The translations under genes were made by a program, and so were the position numbers. The notes below the pieces were generated by a model that did not search any database, was not told the origin of the DNA, and saw nothing but the letters and a program-made list of their open reading frames with translations. A DNA stretch of 62,318 bases, the filler included, from Callorhinchus milii (Eukaryota): NCBI RefSeq assembly GCF_018977255.1. It is 5 parts of 5 records of this genome, joined end to end, with 100 filler letters (N's around TTAATTAATTAA, not from the genome) between each part and the next. Parts side by side here need not be neighbours in the genome. Positions count along the whole stretch, not along the records: positions 24,131 to 43,905 come from NW_024705928.1; positions 44,006 to 57,769 come from NW_024706164.1; 3 more parts are not named here. The stretch is one strand, 5' to 3'. Each line of letters begins with the position of its first letter. Positions within the stretch are counted from its first letter, which is position 1. Shown piece by piece: positions 36,801 through 49,713 of the stretch.

Positions 36801-39800
36801 TATATCCACAATTAATAAATTAGAGTAAAATCAACTTTAACAATCGTTAAGGTTTCGAGAGTAACTAACTTTAATGAACACTGTACTGTATCCATCAAGC
36901 AACATTTGCAAGAAAACACATACATTGGCCACGTGATGTTCTGAGAGTGAATCAGTTTCTTATCTGCAGGAAACACCTGCACTTTCTCAAACTAAATTAG
37001 AGCAGCTTCATCTCAGTATAAACCTAACCTTAAACCAGCTGCCAGAAACTAGTTAAAATATTACAAAAAACAACACAGTGTTTTTCCATACACGCCTCAT
37101 GCCAGTGGAAATCAAATAATTCTATCAGAAATTGTTCTGCAGGGGATATAAAGCTGTTGAACTTTATTTGTATCTATTGGAGAATACTTCACAAGACAGC
37201 TTTAATATTGTCTGGTAGCAAATTAATGACAAATGCGTATCTTACAAAGCTTAACATCTTCCAGAAAGTTAATTTTTGGACAGACATTCCTTGATTATTT
37301 AATGTTTATATAATTATAACCTCTCCACGCAAACTTTATATTTCAGAAGCAAAAAAAAGTTCGAAACCTACTGCTGACTAGCGTAGAATAATTCGCACCA
37401 GAAAGAATAACAATCTACAGTAGGTATTATGGCAGCATTAATTATTGAAAATTAATAGCTAAACAAGGAACGTGTGTGAACGTGTTAGTTGCTTTCAGTG
37501 AGTGAAACAGAAACGCTCCAATGATCTTTGGACATGTGTTTTAGGGAATATTATTTTGAAATCAATAGTATAAGGAAATATTGTAACTTTCATGTCTTAG
37601 GAAGTTGACGTAAGATGTTTTTATTCTGTCTGTCCGAATGCTGATGTTAACCTGCAGTGTGTCCATTAATTAGGATCATTTCGCTCAATCCCCACATTGA
37701 GACTTTGAACGCAGAGTGTACCATTAAACATATGCAGTAACCTGGCTCAGTTGTCAGCACTCTGGCCTGTCAGTCAGAAGGCCGTGGGTTCAAGCCCCAT
37801 GTCTGCATGTGAAACTGATGAATTCCAGGCCGACACTGTAATACAGTGCAGGGGGTGAACTACATTGTTGGAGATTTTCTCTCACTTCTTATTTACTTTA
37901 TAGATGTCCCATACCCCTGTTTTCATAAAGAGAGAATAGCTCAAACTAATACGGACAAAATCACCACTGTACACGTTAACATTAAATTACTAATAAAATA
38001 ATCCTTGCATTCGATACAACGTGTTAAATTCGTCTGTAAGTGCTTCAGACAATATAATGTGAAGTAAATTGACTTTTCAATTTGTGGGAGAATGTGGCGG
38101 TCAATTGCACCCAGCAATGTTCCACCAAAAGACAAGCAGTGGAATGACCAATTTCTTCTTATTAATATTACTTTATATTGCACCATAATAATATCAGCAT
38201 TTCAGACGCCGTTATTTCGTGCTGTTGAGCATTCTCAGAGTAGGATTGTTGGCCAGGACACGGGAGAATCTCCCGTTTTATTTCACATAGTGCCCTGAAA
38301 TCTTTAACCTCCATTTACACAGACAGACAAACCTCGGTTTAATATCCCACCGGAAAGATTGCAGCCTCACTATGCGGCACAACCCGAGCACTGTGTTGCA
38401 TTATCAGGAGGGACTACATGAGTCAAAATGTCAATGTGGACACACAATCACTTGTCAGAGGCGAAACTACTGCCATGTGAAACAGATTGATAAACACTTC
38501 ATGGCTGCGTGGCATTCGCCTGCATCATACATACAGTCACTAAGCTCTGCAGTAAATCATTTGAAGCGATTAAGATATCTTCCAGCCAGGAAATACGCTG
38601 TATAAAATGTAAAGATTATTATCCTCGATTTGGCGACGCTGTGTATTAAATAACATATATAATAATAATAATCCTTTCGTATAGCGCTTTTCAAGTCATC
38701 TCGACGTCCCAAATAGACTGTGAAGTGAATTGACAGGATACTAGTGGGCGAAATGCGGCAGTCAATTGCGCACAGCAGTGTCCAGCAAACAGTCGTTTTT
38801 TGAAGAGAACAACTATATCTTGTTTTATTTTGCAGAGGGAATATTATCAGGCGTGTGGAGTAAGGAAACTTACCCCCACGACACCCACCCCGCAAAAAGT
38901 ATTCAAACTGAAACTGAATAACCAACATCAGTTGAAACAACAGTTGAGAGCAATAATACAGTGTCTATCAGTCCATTGATTATAGAAAATAAGACGATTG
39001 GAGCAAAAAAGTGACAATTTGCTCCATTGAATGTCTGCTGGCTACTTGAAGGACAATCCTTTTCAGCCAATATACTTGCCCTACATTTGATGCCCTTTCA
39101 GATATGTCTCTGGCTATCTTGTGAAAATGTATATGGTTGTGTCACAAACATTGCTCCTGTCAGGCATTCCACAGCGAAATATCTAAGTTAAAGCCTTTAG
39201 TCAATGACTTGAACGACCGTGAAAATAATTTATCTGTATTAAAAACTCTCGATCTCTATCAAGCTGCCCCCCCACGTCATAGGGCCCCAACCACCCACCC
39301 GCCCACCAATAATTGAGACGATATTTACAAGACCATCCCTTATTCTTTACTTATCAGATATCCCGTCACTCCCAGATTATCTGTTTATTATTAGTAGAGC
39401 GCTCGCCTCTCAAGGAAGCGTTGTGGCTTCGATTCCCGGCAGGGCGAAACTTTGGACAAGTTTCCCGACTCCACGAATCTAACATTAATCCCTCAAGAGA
39501 AAACTAAGAATAATAAACTGGTCATTTCAAACGAGAACTGTGTTTGACACACTGCAATAGACTGCCTAGGTTTGTCCACAAACGTACAGCTAACTTATAT
39601 CGTAGAATAATTTGTGAAGCATTTTGTGACATCTAGAAGATGTGAAAAGCACTGTATAATATACATGGATTATTAATATGAATTATTATTTTAATATGGA
39701 AACGTTTTGAAACAAAGAACAAATGGGTAGTTACAATGAGTTACACATATCATCTGCCATGGTTTGCTATCTGCAGAAATCTGTGCTCTGTGGGCAGTGA

Positions 39801-40234
39801 GTCGTTTCCTGTTGATTTGCAGATGAAAATCGCATGAGTGCAAACGTTGGAGAACTTATCCACCACAGTGATGACATACAAAGCTTTCTCTCATTGGCTG
39901 CGAAAAAAGTCAGTGATATTTGAAGAGACAAATCCCAATTAAATAAGAACATTGGAACATCAACTGAAGCATCGGCCCACAATTATTCAAATGAATAACT
40001 TTATTTCCAAACTTAATTTTCCACAGGATAATTGTACATTTTAAAACCAGATGATCCCAACGATCTAGATTACCTGGTCTCATAGATGAGTAGGCCTTGG
40101 ATCATTTTACAAACAACAGTCTCTGCTCATCATCGCTTGTCTCCTTGTAATGTTTGCTTGTAATTCATTTCAAAAGCCAAGCTGGGCGTTTGCACGGAAG
40201 GATTGATTGGTTAGGTTGAAGACTGGATGGAAGT

Positions 40235-40412
40235 GTGGATGCGTTGACCTTTGATGGTCAGGTGGATGGGTTGACCTGTGATGGTGTGGTGGATGTGTTG
40301 ACCTGTGATGGTCAGGTGGATGTGTGGACCTGTGATGGTCAGGTGGATGTGTGGACCTGTGATGGTCAGGTGGATGTGTTGATCTGTGATGATCAGCTGG
40401 ATGGGTTGTTCA
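40235..40412. repeat. 27-bp minisatellite, about 6.5 units
   Basis: Unit GTGGATGTGTTGACCTGTGATGGTCAG repeated head-to-tail with few substitutions. Confidence 0.9.
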
Positions 40413-40989
40413 GCTGATAGATATTCTGTGAAGTAGTGGGTGAATAAATATATAGACGCTTTATAAAAAAAATCTCTTTACCGCTGCAGGCTTTGGTTAC
40501 CAATATGTCATCAGATGAAGCAAAGTGTGTTTTGTTCAGATTCACTTGAAAGTCATAGAATCCAAATGCTTCTCAAGTTTCCCGCTGCTCAAGCATCTCA
40601 TCGGTCCAAATTGCCATTATTGATTAACAGCACTAACAGTGTTCAGGTTTCCGAAAAGCTCCTGTAGCGCCGCTGAATGGTTACATTAAAGCATGAACTC
40701 CACTGTCGTTAAAAGTTACTGATTATTTCAACACGTGTTTCAATTCCAATTTCACCGCAAAGCAAATAATTTGAAATCTGATAGATTGATACTGATGAGG
40801 CACGGCAGTCCAGGGTCTATGCCAGAACTAGGCATCGGTTCTTTGACTCACACCTACAGTCACCTATTCCTCCTTTCCGCTGAGACAACACAAGATTATT
40901 TGTAAAGCGTATTTCACGACAGGAGGATATACGATGTCGCTGAAGAGTCAGGGATTAGGAGCCGAGCGGATTGTTATTAAGGATCAGGG

Positions 40990-41450
40990 AAGGTGGCAGT
41001 CAGAGAGGGTACGATGGTGGCCAAAGGCACGGTCGAAGAGGCAGGTCTTGAGATGTGCCTTCAAGGACAAAAGGAAGGGAGCGAATTGAAGGAAATATTG
41101 GATGGAGTTCCAGATGATGGGATCAGAGATGCTCAAGGCTCTACCACCCAAGGTGGGACCGGCCATTTGGGAGACGAGTAGAAAGCCGGAACTCGCTGAG
41201 CAGAGGGAGCGAACAGGTTGACAAGGAGTTATCAGGTCGGAGAGTTAGAGGGCCAAGGCCATGGAGAGCTTTGAAGGTGAACTCCAGAATTTTGAACTCG
41301 ATCCTCTGAGGGTTGGGAAGCCAGTGGCGAGGGGGTGTTGATGGAGTCACGGAGTCTAGAGCGGGAGAGGAAACGAGCTCCAGAGTTTTAGATGATGTGC
41401 AGCTTCTATAGGGAAGAGTTGTAAAGGCCGAAAATCAGGGCGTTGGCATA
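40990..41450 (-). mobile_element. L2 LINE 3' fragment
   Basis: HWLP..QRIEFKIL.FTFKALHGL.P and GRALS.SDP.IWNSI...LKAHLKT.LF motifs. Confidence 0.8.
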
Positions 41451-41934
41451 ACCCTGATGACTCTGATGACTGAGGATGACTGAAAGGGCCGTGAAACATT
41501 AAAGGTCTATGGCACTGTTAAGCGCTTCGAGAATCCAACCTGCATTAATCGGTCGAATCTATCTGAGTCACATCAGCACCGTCATTTTAAAAGGAAAAAG
41601 TTATGTAAAGTTGTTGCAGCTGCATGCACAGCTCTTCATCACTAATTGTGCAATGGCCTAGAAAGATATAATAAAATAATCCTTGCTTGATCACTTGATT
41701 GAGATTAAATAAATCACTTCACGAAATCAACAGAAAAGTGAATTGATGTATACTTTGTTATTGAAACGGGAACGGCGATTCCATACCAACGACAACATCG
41801 ACAAAATTACACTTATAGAGCGCCTTTCACGTCGGGAGGACGTCCCAAAGCGCTGAACAGTCAGCTGTCGGGGGCCGAGAATGGAGGAAGGGTGTAGTAG
41901 CGGTGAGGGGAGCCAGGAAGGTGGGAGGGAGACC

Positions 41935-42255
41935 AAAGACACGGTGAAGAGAAAGGTCTTGATACCGACCTTGAAGGATGCGAGGGAGGAAGCAAGGCGA
42001 AGGGACCGTGGGATGGAGTTCCAGAATATGGGAGCAGAGAGGCTGAAAGCACGACCAGCGATGGTAGGGCGGGTCGGGGGGGAGACATGGAGCAGGCTGG
42101 AGCCCGCTGAACGGAGGGAGCGGGCAAGTTGGTTGGGAGTCAACAGGTCAGAGAGGTAGGCGGGGGCAAGACCATGGATGGCCTTAAAGTTGAGGACGAG
42201 GATTTTCAACTCGAAATTCTGGGGGATGGGGAGCCAGCGGAATCGGGCGAGGGTG
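41935..42255 (-). mobile_element. L2 LINE 3' fragment
   Basis: WLPIPQNFELKILVLNFKAIHGLAPAYLSDLL...RSLRS...GRAFSLSAPIFWNSIPRSLRLASSLASFKVGIKTFLF. Confidence 0.85.
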
Positions 42256-42989
42256 GAAGTATCCGTATTTATAATGTCCCATTGAACTCTGCTCCCGGTC
42301 TGACTATCTCCCTCCAACATAACCTTTTCCTTCAGATTTTGGGATTGATTTTCCCAATTTATACACCTCTCTCCTGATTACTACCTTCATTTTTGGTCGG
42401 GCCGGTTAAGGTAACAGATATTTTCCTTAAACTTTCACTCCTTTCAGTTACCTCTCCTAAATCCTCTTTGTGCAGCAGACACAAAAGTTCAGCTTCAACA
42501 TTGATCTATCAAGGATACGTCTGTCTCCTAATCTCTACTCTTCCAGCTTCCTTCTACCTTTCTTACTCATTAACTTGTACTGATGCGTCTAGTATTCACG
42601 AAAAACTTGCCGACTATGACATGTATCCTGGACCAACGTTACCTGGCTTTTTTCGTTTTCCCCCCCATTAGCCAATGTATGCGTATTTTGAGCACATATT
42701 TGTCTTTTATGCCAACTAGTGTTTCTCTATTTCTTCTAATTGCTTCTGTCTGACCATTATCCTGATTCATTGCAGACAACCTCACACATGGACCATCTGT
42801 GTGTCCTATATTGGTTCTCCTTTCAACATCCTGCTGATCCTCCACAATCAAGAATTAAACATTCGGATTAACATAGAAGAGAAAATCTGTTTTATCATGA
42901 CCCTAACATACATTTTATACTGATACCATTTTCAGACACTTTATATGGACGCTTCTTCTCCCAACAACAAGTAAGAAAAAGTATTGGTT

Positions 42990-43320
42990 TCTGCTAATAT
43001 ATATAGTGATATTGGCCGTAAGAATGGCTGCCGATGGGTGAGGGGAGTGGTCGAGGGGTGCGTAGAAGTTTGGCAGTGGCTGAGAGTGTGGGGCGGCTGA
43101 AGAAGCCAGGCCAGTGAGCAGGTTGAGAGGCAGAGAAATGGCCGGTCTGGGTATGGTTTGTAGATTAGTTTGAGGATATTGAAACCGATCTGATCTGTAA
43201 CGAAGAAGCAAGGAAGACTGGCAAGCACTGTCGTGATGGAGGTGCGGAATTTGCTTGGTATGAGGACATGATAGAAGTGTTTTGAATCAGCTGGATGTTG
43301 TGAGTGAAGGAGCTGGGGAG
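42990..43320 (-). mobile_element. L2 LINE 3' fragment
   Basis: Degenerate QLIQN...TVLASLP..VTDQIGFNILKLIYK. Confidence 0.7.
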
Positions 43321-44005
43321 AACAACCTGTAAAGTATTGAGGATCCCGAAACTGTTGGTTTATGATCGCAAATAATGTCTTTGACTGGTTTCAAAATATT
43401 TTAAAACTTATTTTAATAAATGCATCACTGGAAACAACTTTCTTTCACCTAATACATCTACATTGATCAGATATATTGTGTTGGAGTTCTATTGCAATTT
43501 ACTGCTACGTTTCAGCAGCTAGAAACCCTTCACCTATTTTGATGTTATAGTTGTTGAATTTTTGTGTGATGGGTAGTCTTTCTACAATAACACCGTGGAA
43601 CATTTAACGTCAGAACAGTGTCAGTAGACATGGCGATTGTAGTTTGAGGTTGAACGATTCGTAATGATCGTATCTGCACAAGCACACTTTTCAATTTAAT
43701 ACTTTCCTCAAAATTCTGATATATTGCGTTGAATTTACTTCCCACATTTACAATGTGTTGCTAACATGGTTCTTAACGACTTTGAGTCCATGAATGTTTT
43801 GCTCTGCATCTCCATTACCGTCAGCTAAACAATGTTCTTGTGTTGCATTTTACTGTGTTTGCAAAGAATAGTAATCCATACAATCCATATGACACCACTC
43901 ACACCNNNNNNNNNNNNNNNNNNNNNNNNNNNNNNNNNNNNNNNNNNNNTTAATTAATTAANNNNNNNNNNNNNNNNNNNNNNNNNNNNNNNNNNNNNNN
44001 NNNNN

Positions 44006-44980
44006 TCGAACGAAAGAGACTGGAAGCGGATCCCTCTTGAGCACGCTTTGTTGTAAAGACAGACAAGGAATCGATGTCGTCTTCACTGGAAATTAATGCT
44101 TTGCAAGTTCAAGACAGCGCTGACTATAAATGTACAGCTCGGTACTGGGATACCACAGTGCTGTATCTGGCCTTCAGCTAATACAAGAAGCCCTCACAAT
44201 TCAAAGGATAAACAGAGAGTCTGTGAACTTGCAATAAATTCAAAGCACATTCATCATTTGTGTTTGATGCACAATGATGTTTAATAACACTTCTTTAGGA
44301 AACAACAATTACTTATGGATACGTCGAAAAGAATGTCGGTATGTATGCACATTGGAAATCTTCTAGGATTCATAACTAATTAATTTATTCCACGAGACAC
44401 GCGGCATATCAAGTCCAACTATCACAATATTCAAAAGATTGTTAAATGTTGTGATTGATTGACCATTTGTGAACGGCTGACACATTTCAACAGTTTCAAA
44501 CCATTGGTTTTTGGAATTTACAATAAACACTGTGTTGGGATTGGGACGATCACATTGGCAACCATCAGCACAAATACTGCGCAACTATTTTCTTGGAAAC
44601 ACATGAGACTTGATCACTGACAACCGTATACTATTTAATGCTCCTGAATGTGTCGACACTTTGCTTTCAAAATTACTTATTTCAAACGGACATTTCTGGA
44701 TTTATTTGTAGAGAGGTGTTCTTTGTGCCGTACACTTTGTCTCTGTTTGGGAGGAAATAATATTGAAAATAAACATGTTTTATACAAAAGAATAGTACGA
44801 AGATGGAACCACTGGTGAATCGGTAAGGATTAATGGCCAATTTGTCAGTGTTTGTTTGCGTTAGTGACAGTGTTAAACAGTGATCTGACAGAACAGTTTT
44901 TGCGCCTCAGAGAATGAGAGTTGTGTGACTGTGGTTCTTTAACGAAGACGGATCAGGAACCAAAGTAATTGTAACAAAAA
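44006..44980 (+). other. Copy of NAR-TCR V(partial, to 44153)-D(44535-44550)-J(44934-44980)
   Basis: Same RSS and coding as 1-986; 1-nt deletion in V and a 13-nt D 5' spacer in this copy. Confidence 0.88.
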
Positions 44981-46297
44981 GTGAGTGAATCAATAATCGA
45001 TCGAAATTAATTGAAATTAAAAGAAACGAAAAGCAACTGGCGAAGNNNNNNNNNNNNNNNNNNNNNNNNNNNNNNNNNNNNNNNNNNNNNNNNNNNNNNN
45101 NNNNNNNNNNNNNNNNNNNNNNNNNNNNNNNNNNNNNNNNNNNNNNNNNNNNNNNNNNNNNNNNNNNNNNNNNNNNNNNNNNNNNNNNNNNNNNNNNNNN
45201 NNAGATAGAAGAAGATGAAGAAGAAATGAAGAAAGAAAGAAGAAGAAAGATAGATAGATGAAGAAAGAAAGAAAGAAAGAAAGAGGGAGAAGGAGACAGA
45301 AAGCACTTTATGTTTTATTCCACAAGTGAAACTGCATTGAGCTGCTCACAGACTGAGAGAGAAACTGATATTGGCAGCAAACCAGAGAATAAACCTCCTC
45401 CAGCAGCGGTCTTAAAGTAAAGATATTTACAGCAGGAAACTCTCCAGTTGCCTAACTGTAAACCCGCAGAGTTAACGGTACAATCTGACACCTGATCTTT
45501 GCTAAACATTCCCATGATCACAGACACCCAAAGCCTCAATGTGGATAATCAGCTTCAGCAAACAAATATATGATTAGAGGAACAAATCTAAATTAAATGG
45601 TGCATTTAAGAGAGATCATGTCAATTGTGTCACGAATAGTCACACTGTTTGTGCTTGCATTAAATGGTTCATATTTGGAGCGGATATGCAGGAGCAGAGC
45701 ACTGTATACTTAATCCATTCAGAATTTCTTAATTTCACTGTTACAACAGTAATCCTTATATTTGGTGAAAAGAATTTCACGTACAAATTACGAATGATGC
45801 CAAGGCCTTCGAAAGGAGTCAAATGGTTTTCCACAGTGATTCAGGGAAGAGTGGCTTCATTTATGTGAAGAGACTATGTCTGGCAATGTTCTCCGAGAGC
45901 AGCGAAGGTTGAGAGGAGATTTAATTCAAATGTTCAAAATTGTGAAAGAGATTTGATAGGGTAGATGAGGGAAAGTGCTTCCACATGCAGTGAATCAGTT
46001 TCCAGAGGACACATGTTGAAATTAAACGGTAAAAGACAAGAGGGAGATGAGGAATTTTATTTACCTGCAAAGATTTTACAATCTGCAATGCATGCCTAAA
46101 ATTGTACTGCAAACAGATTGTATCATAAACTCAAACTGGAATTGGAAGAAATACGATTGCAACGCTAGGGTTAAGAGAATGGGATTGGGATTAGATGGAC
46201 AGCTCTTTCATAGAGAAGGTAAAGGCAATGTGGGCCGAGTAGCCTATTTTGTGCTAAAATACTATGATTCTAAGTAACTTGAAATTAAAACCCACAG

Positions 46298-46597
46298 GAT
46301 CGAGTAGTGCAGTTTGCCAGACACAGCCTCAACAAGCGGCTTTTGCTGGTGAGACCGTTTCATTGAATTGCAAATATATATTATTCAGTGAAGAGGATTT
46401 CATCATCTACTGGTACCGTCAGTCCCATGGCGAGACGCTGAAATACCTGCTCCAAAGAAAATCCTCAGTAGAGGGAGGAAACCCTACCGAGATGTATTTC
46501 TGCTTCTCTTGACACTGCCAAGAAAATCAGCGTTTTAACCATCGCCGACCTGCGGCTGACAGACTCCGCTATGTATCACTGTGCACTCAGTCTGCAC
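46298..46597 (+). pseudogene. Copy of the supporting Vdelta of cassette 1 (frameshifted)
   Basis: Open to ...LLQRKSSVEGGNPT then a 2-nt shortfall; RSS 46598-46604 with 23-nt spacer. Confidence 0.85.
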
Positions 46598-48892
46598 CAC
46601 AGTGATACACATCATAGGAAGCCTCGTACAATAACCCTCATCACAACCAAAGCTGGGAAACAGTACAGTACAGTTAGTGACAGACAGTGAATCAAACCCT
46701 CTCCCAACCGCCACCGTGGCTTAAAGCTTATTGAGTTCGTATCAAGTTAATCTAAAATATATTTTATTTTTACTAAACGCTAGAAATTCTGGAACGCTTC
46801 CCATCCATCTTTCCACCATGAGTTCCTCCAAACCCCCACTCCAAACCCCTGTATCCTTTTCAAGTCCCGCCTGAAAAACGTTCTTTGATGTTCACTGTTT
46901 ACTTTGGCGATGGCTTTCGCCAATGTTCAGCCGATTTTAATAAATATTCGATCCACATAATGTGGTTTTTGTTTGCACTAAAAGCTGGATAACCTTTCGC
47001 ATCTCTGTGCACTGAACAATTCCCTTATACTTTCTAACATTAAGTAATGAACTCATACCTATATTTGGTGTAACGCGTTTCACGGAAGGAAACGTCTCAA
47101 AGCACTTCACATGAAACACTTTAAAGCGAAGTGATTTTGTGATTGGTGGAGAAAGACAATTTGGACACACTAAGGTCCTGCAAACATAAATTAAGTGAAC
47201 GGCCAATCTGTAAATAAATAACAGAGTCAGGATTCTTCCCCAACATTTCGCCATGGCAGGAATCGAACCCAGGTCTCCCGCTTGCAAGTGAGTCTCGAAC
47301 TACAAAGCAACAGTACTCCACATTGCGGTATACTACCAGTATTGCATTAGAACGTCGCCTTGGAAGATAGAGGGCCCAATTCCGGATTTGGGTAATCAAC
47401 ACAAAATCTTCTGACGTAGAGGATTTCCCATGACTGCTGTGTTGACTATTGCTTCCAAACCTGTGTTCAAGCCCAATTCAGAACACAAACTTTTATCTCT
47501 CAAACTCCCTTCAAGTCATTTAGGTGCCCAATTGGAAACATGGAGTTGAAAGAATTAGCGCTGTTCAATTCATTATTGTTGGGCGTTATGTGTAAATCAT
47601 TCTCCCTCAACATTAAAACAATATGGGGAATTACATCCGGTCTTTGCTTCTCAGTGAATAACTTTTTCTCTCTGGCTTTAGGAGCAACGAATAGAGTCAG
47701 CGTTCAACCATCATATTTGCAAGTCTCTGTTGCTGAAAGCCGGACTTTCGGCTGAATTTGAAACTCAATGTTTCACCACTAATCTGGATACGGGGAGGAA
47801 GAGATCCCCTGGAACATTGCTCTCCATTTCTCTATCTGCCCTGGCCACATACTTCTGCCATCACACACTATGTTAATGTCAGAATACACCACTGTACATA
47901 AACCACCTTAGAGGAGCGAAGCGGATTCATCTCAGCACAGATGTTAGTCCAGACAGTTGACCTATTTCACAGAATGTGACTTTGCTGCTGTGTCTCTAAG
48001 AGGAAACACTTGACTACTTGCCAAACACAAGCAAAATGTGACAGAGTGGTTCGTGTACTGAACGTGTGAAAGAAATATTATTAATACTTGCACTTAACAC
48101 AACGCCTTATCATCTCTTCGAAACGCCCCGAATTGATTCACAGAATCTACTGCAAAGTGAATTGACTTGCAAATTACTGACAGATACAATCACTACATGC
48201 TACGTTATATCATGTTTAATGCAATGAGATGTCCCTCTGTCATAACATATTTGATCCTTTGGGCACAGATGTCGGCACATTTTTCTCAGTGATGGTTAAC
48301 TGTGCATATTTCAGTGATATACTGTGTTGCCGTTAATGTTGTTTTGTGTGAAACATAATTTAATCGTTTATTCAATTTTGTCCCTAACTGCTCATATCTA
48401 CATCACACTTCGTTTCCAAATTAGACTTTTGTAGCTTCTGAATTTCTTTCGCAGATTGAAGATAATTGTCAAAAAAAACAGGGGAGAGACGGACGGAATT
48501 TTTAATAATAGTCTTGTTACGGTTTACAATGTACATTGTGAAAGTGGCAACAGATTCGATAGTAGTTTTAAAAAGGAATTGGAATGGAACTTACGAAGGA
48601 AAATAAAATTGCATGGATATGGGGAAAGAATGGGGAGTGGGACTCATTGTTTAGCTCTTTCATAGTGTCGAAACAGTCAATTGACCAAAAAATCTCCTTC
48701 TCTTCTTTATATCACGATACTATTGTTCTATGATGTTAATCAAAAGTATTGATTGCAAAGCATTTCGGATCTCGTGGACTTTTTGCACTTGACCTATTGG
48801 ACGACAGCGCAGGTCATCATTGCGGAAGTTGGAGCCAATCACCTCAAATATCTCGCAGTTAATCAATGGGCATCCAGACAAGTTCTCAGACG

Positions 48893-49713
48893 ATGGGGGA
48901 AATTGCGATCTGGGCGACATTGGCTGCTTTTATGGCAGGTAATTAATTCAGGCAAATCGCCAATGTTACAGTCAATGTTCAAAATTGATTGCGTAGCTTT
49001 TATTAGTGGAGTCTTGTAGCTCAGTGTTTAGAGCCTTGGCCTCACAAGCGAGAGCCCTGGGTTCCGTTCCCAGTAGGGAGAAACATTGGCAAGTTTCCTT
49101 AAACCACACGCAGCACAATACATGTTTGGTAGTCGATTGGCACATTGCTTTTTCGCGGTTATTAATTTATTCAAATAAAAATTGCTGATAAATTGGTCAC
49201 TTGTTCTAAAACTGTTTGTAGGTTATTGCTGTGCCCAATTGGCTGCCGCATTTCTACTGAAAAACGGACAGTCAAATCACTTAAAATTATGTTTTTACAA
49301 GAGCTGTGAGACTTCTCGAAGTTGTGATAAGGCAATATATCCAGCGTATAGAATATTTAATAATTAGGTATGTTCAAACTTATTTTTATTTCACGCTTCT
49401 TTTCAGGTCTGAGCCGGGGAGATTATGTTACTCATTGGGTTACTTCAGTGACTGAGACAGAAGGAGGAAAGTGACTTTGGATACTAATTATACTACAACA
49501 CTGAACGACTATTGTTTATTCTGGTACCGAAAACTCTCAGAGAAACAACCCGAGTATATCCTCAGCAGCTGTACAGTTCTCCCAGAACGTAAAGCGGCTT
49601 TTGCTCAATCTCGTATCTCAGTTGAGCTGCAGACCTCGAGAACATCCAACAAATTAACCATCTCCCAGTTACAGGTGTCTGACTCTGCTGTGTATTACTG
49701 TGCACTCAGAACC
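48893..49713 (+). CDS. TCR Valpha/delta gene, open copy (leader 48893-48938, V exon 49407-49713); first canonical Cys replaced by Thr
   Basis: GLSRGDYVTHWVTSVTETEGGKVTLDTNYTTTLNDYCLFWYRKLSEKQPEYILSSCTVLPERKAAFAQSRISVELQTSRTSNKLTISQLQVSDSAVYYCALRT; RSS CACAGTG-23-TCAATAACT. Confidence 0.85.

Noticed and set aside
40235-40412. CRISPR-like array
   Set aside because: The repeats are head-to-tail with no unique spacers, in vertebrate DNA.
41727-42320. 197-aa ORF as a host gene
   Set aside because: It is the C-terminal remnant of an L2 LINE ORF2.
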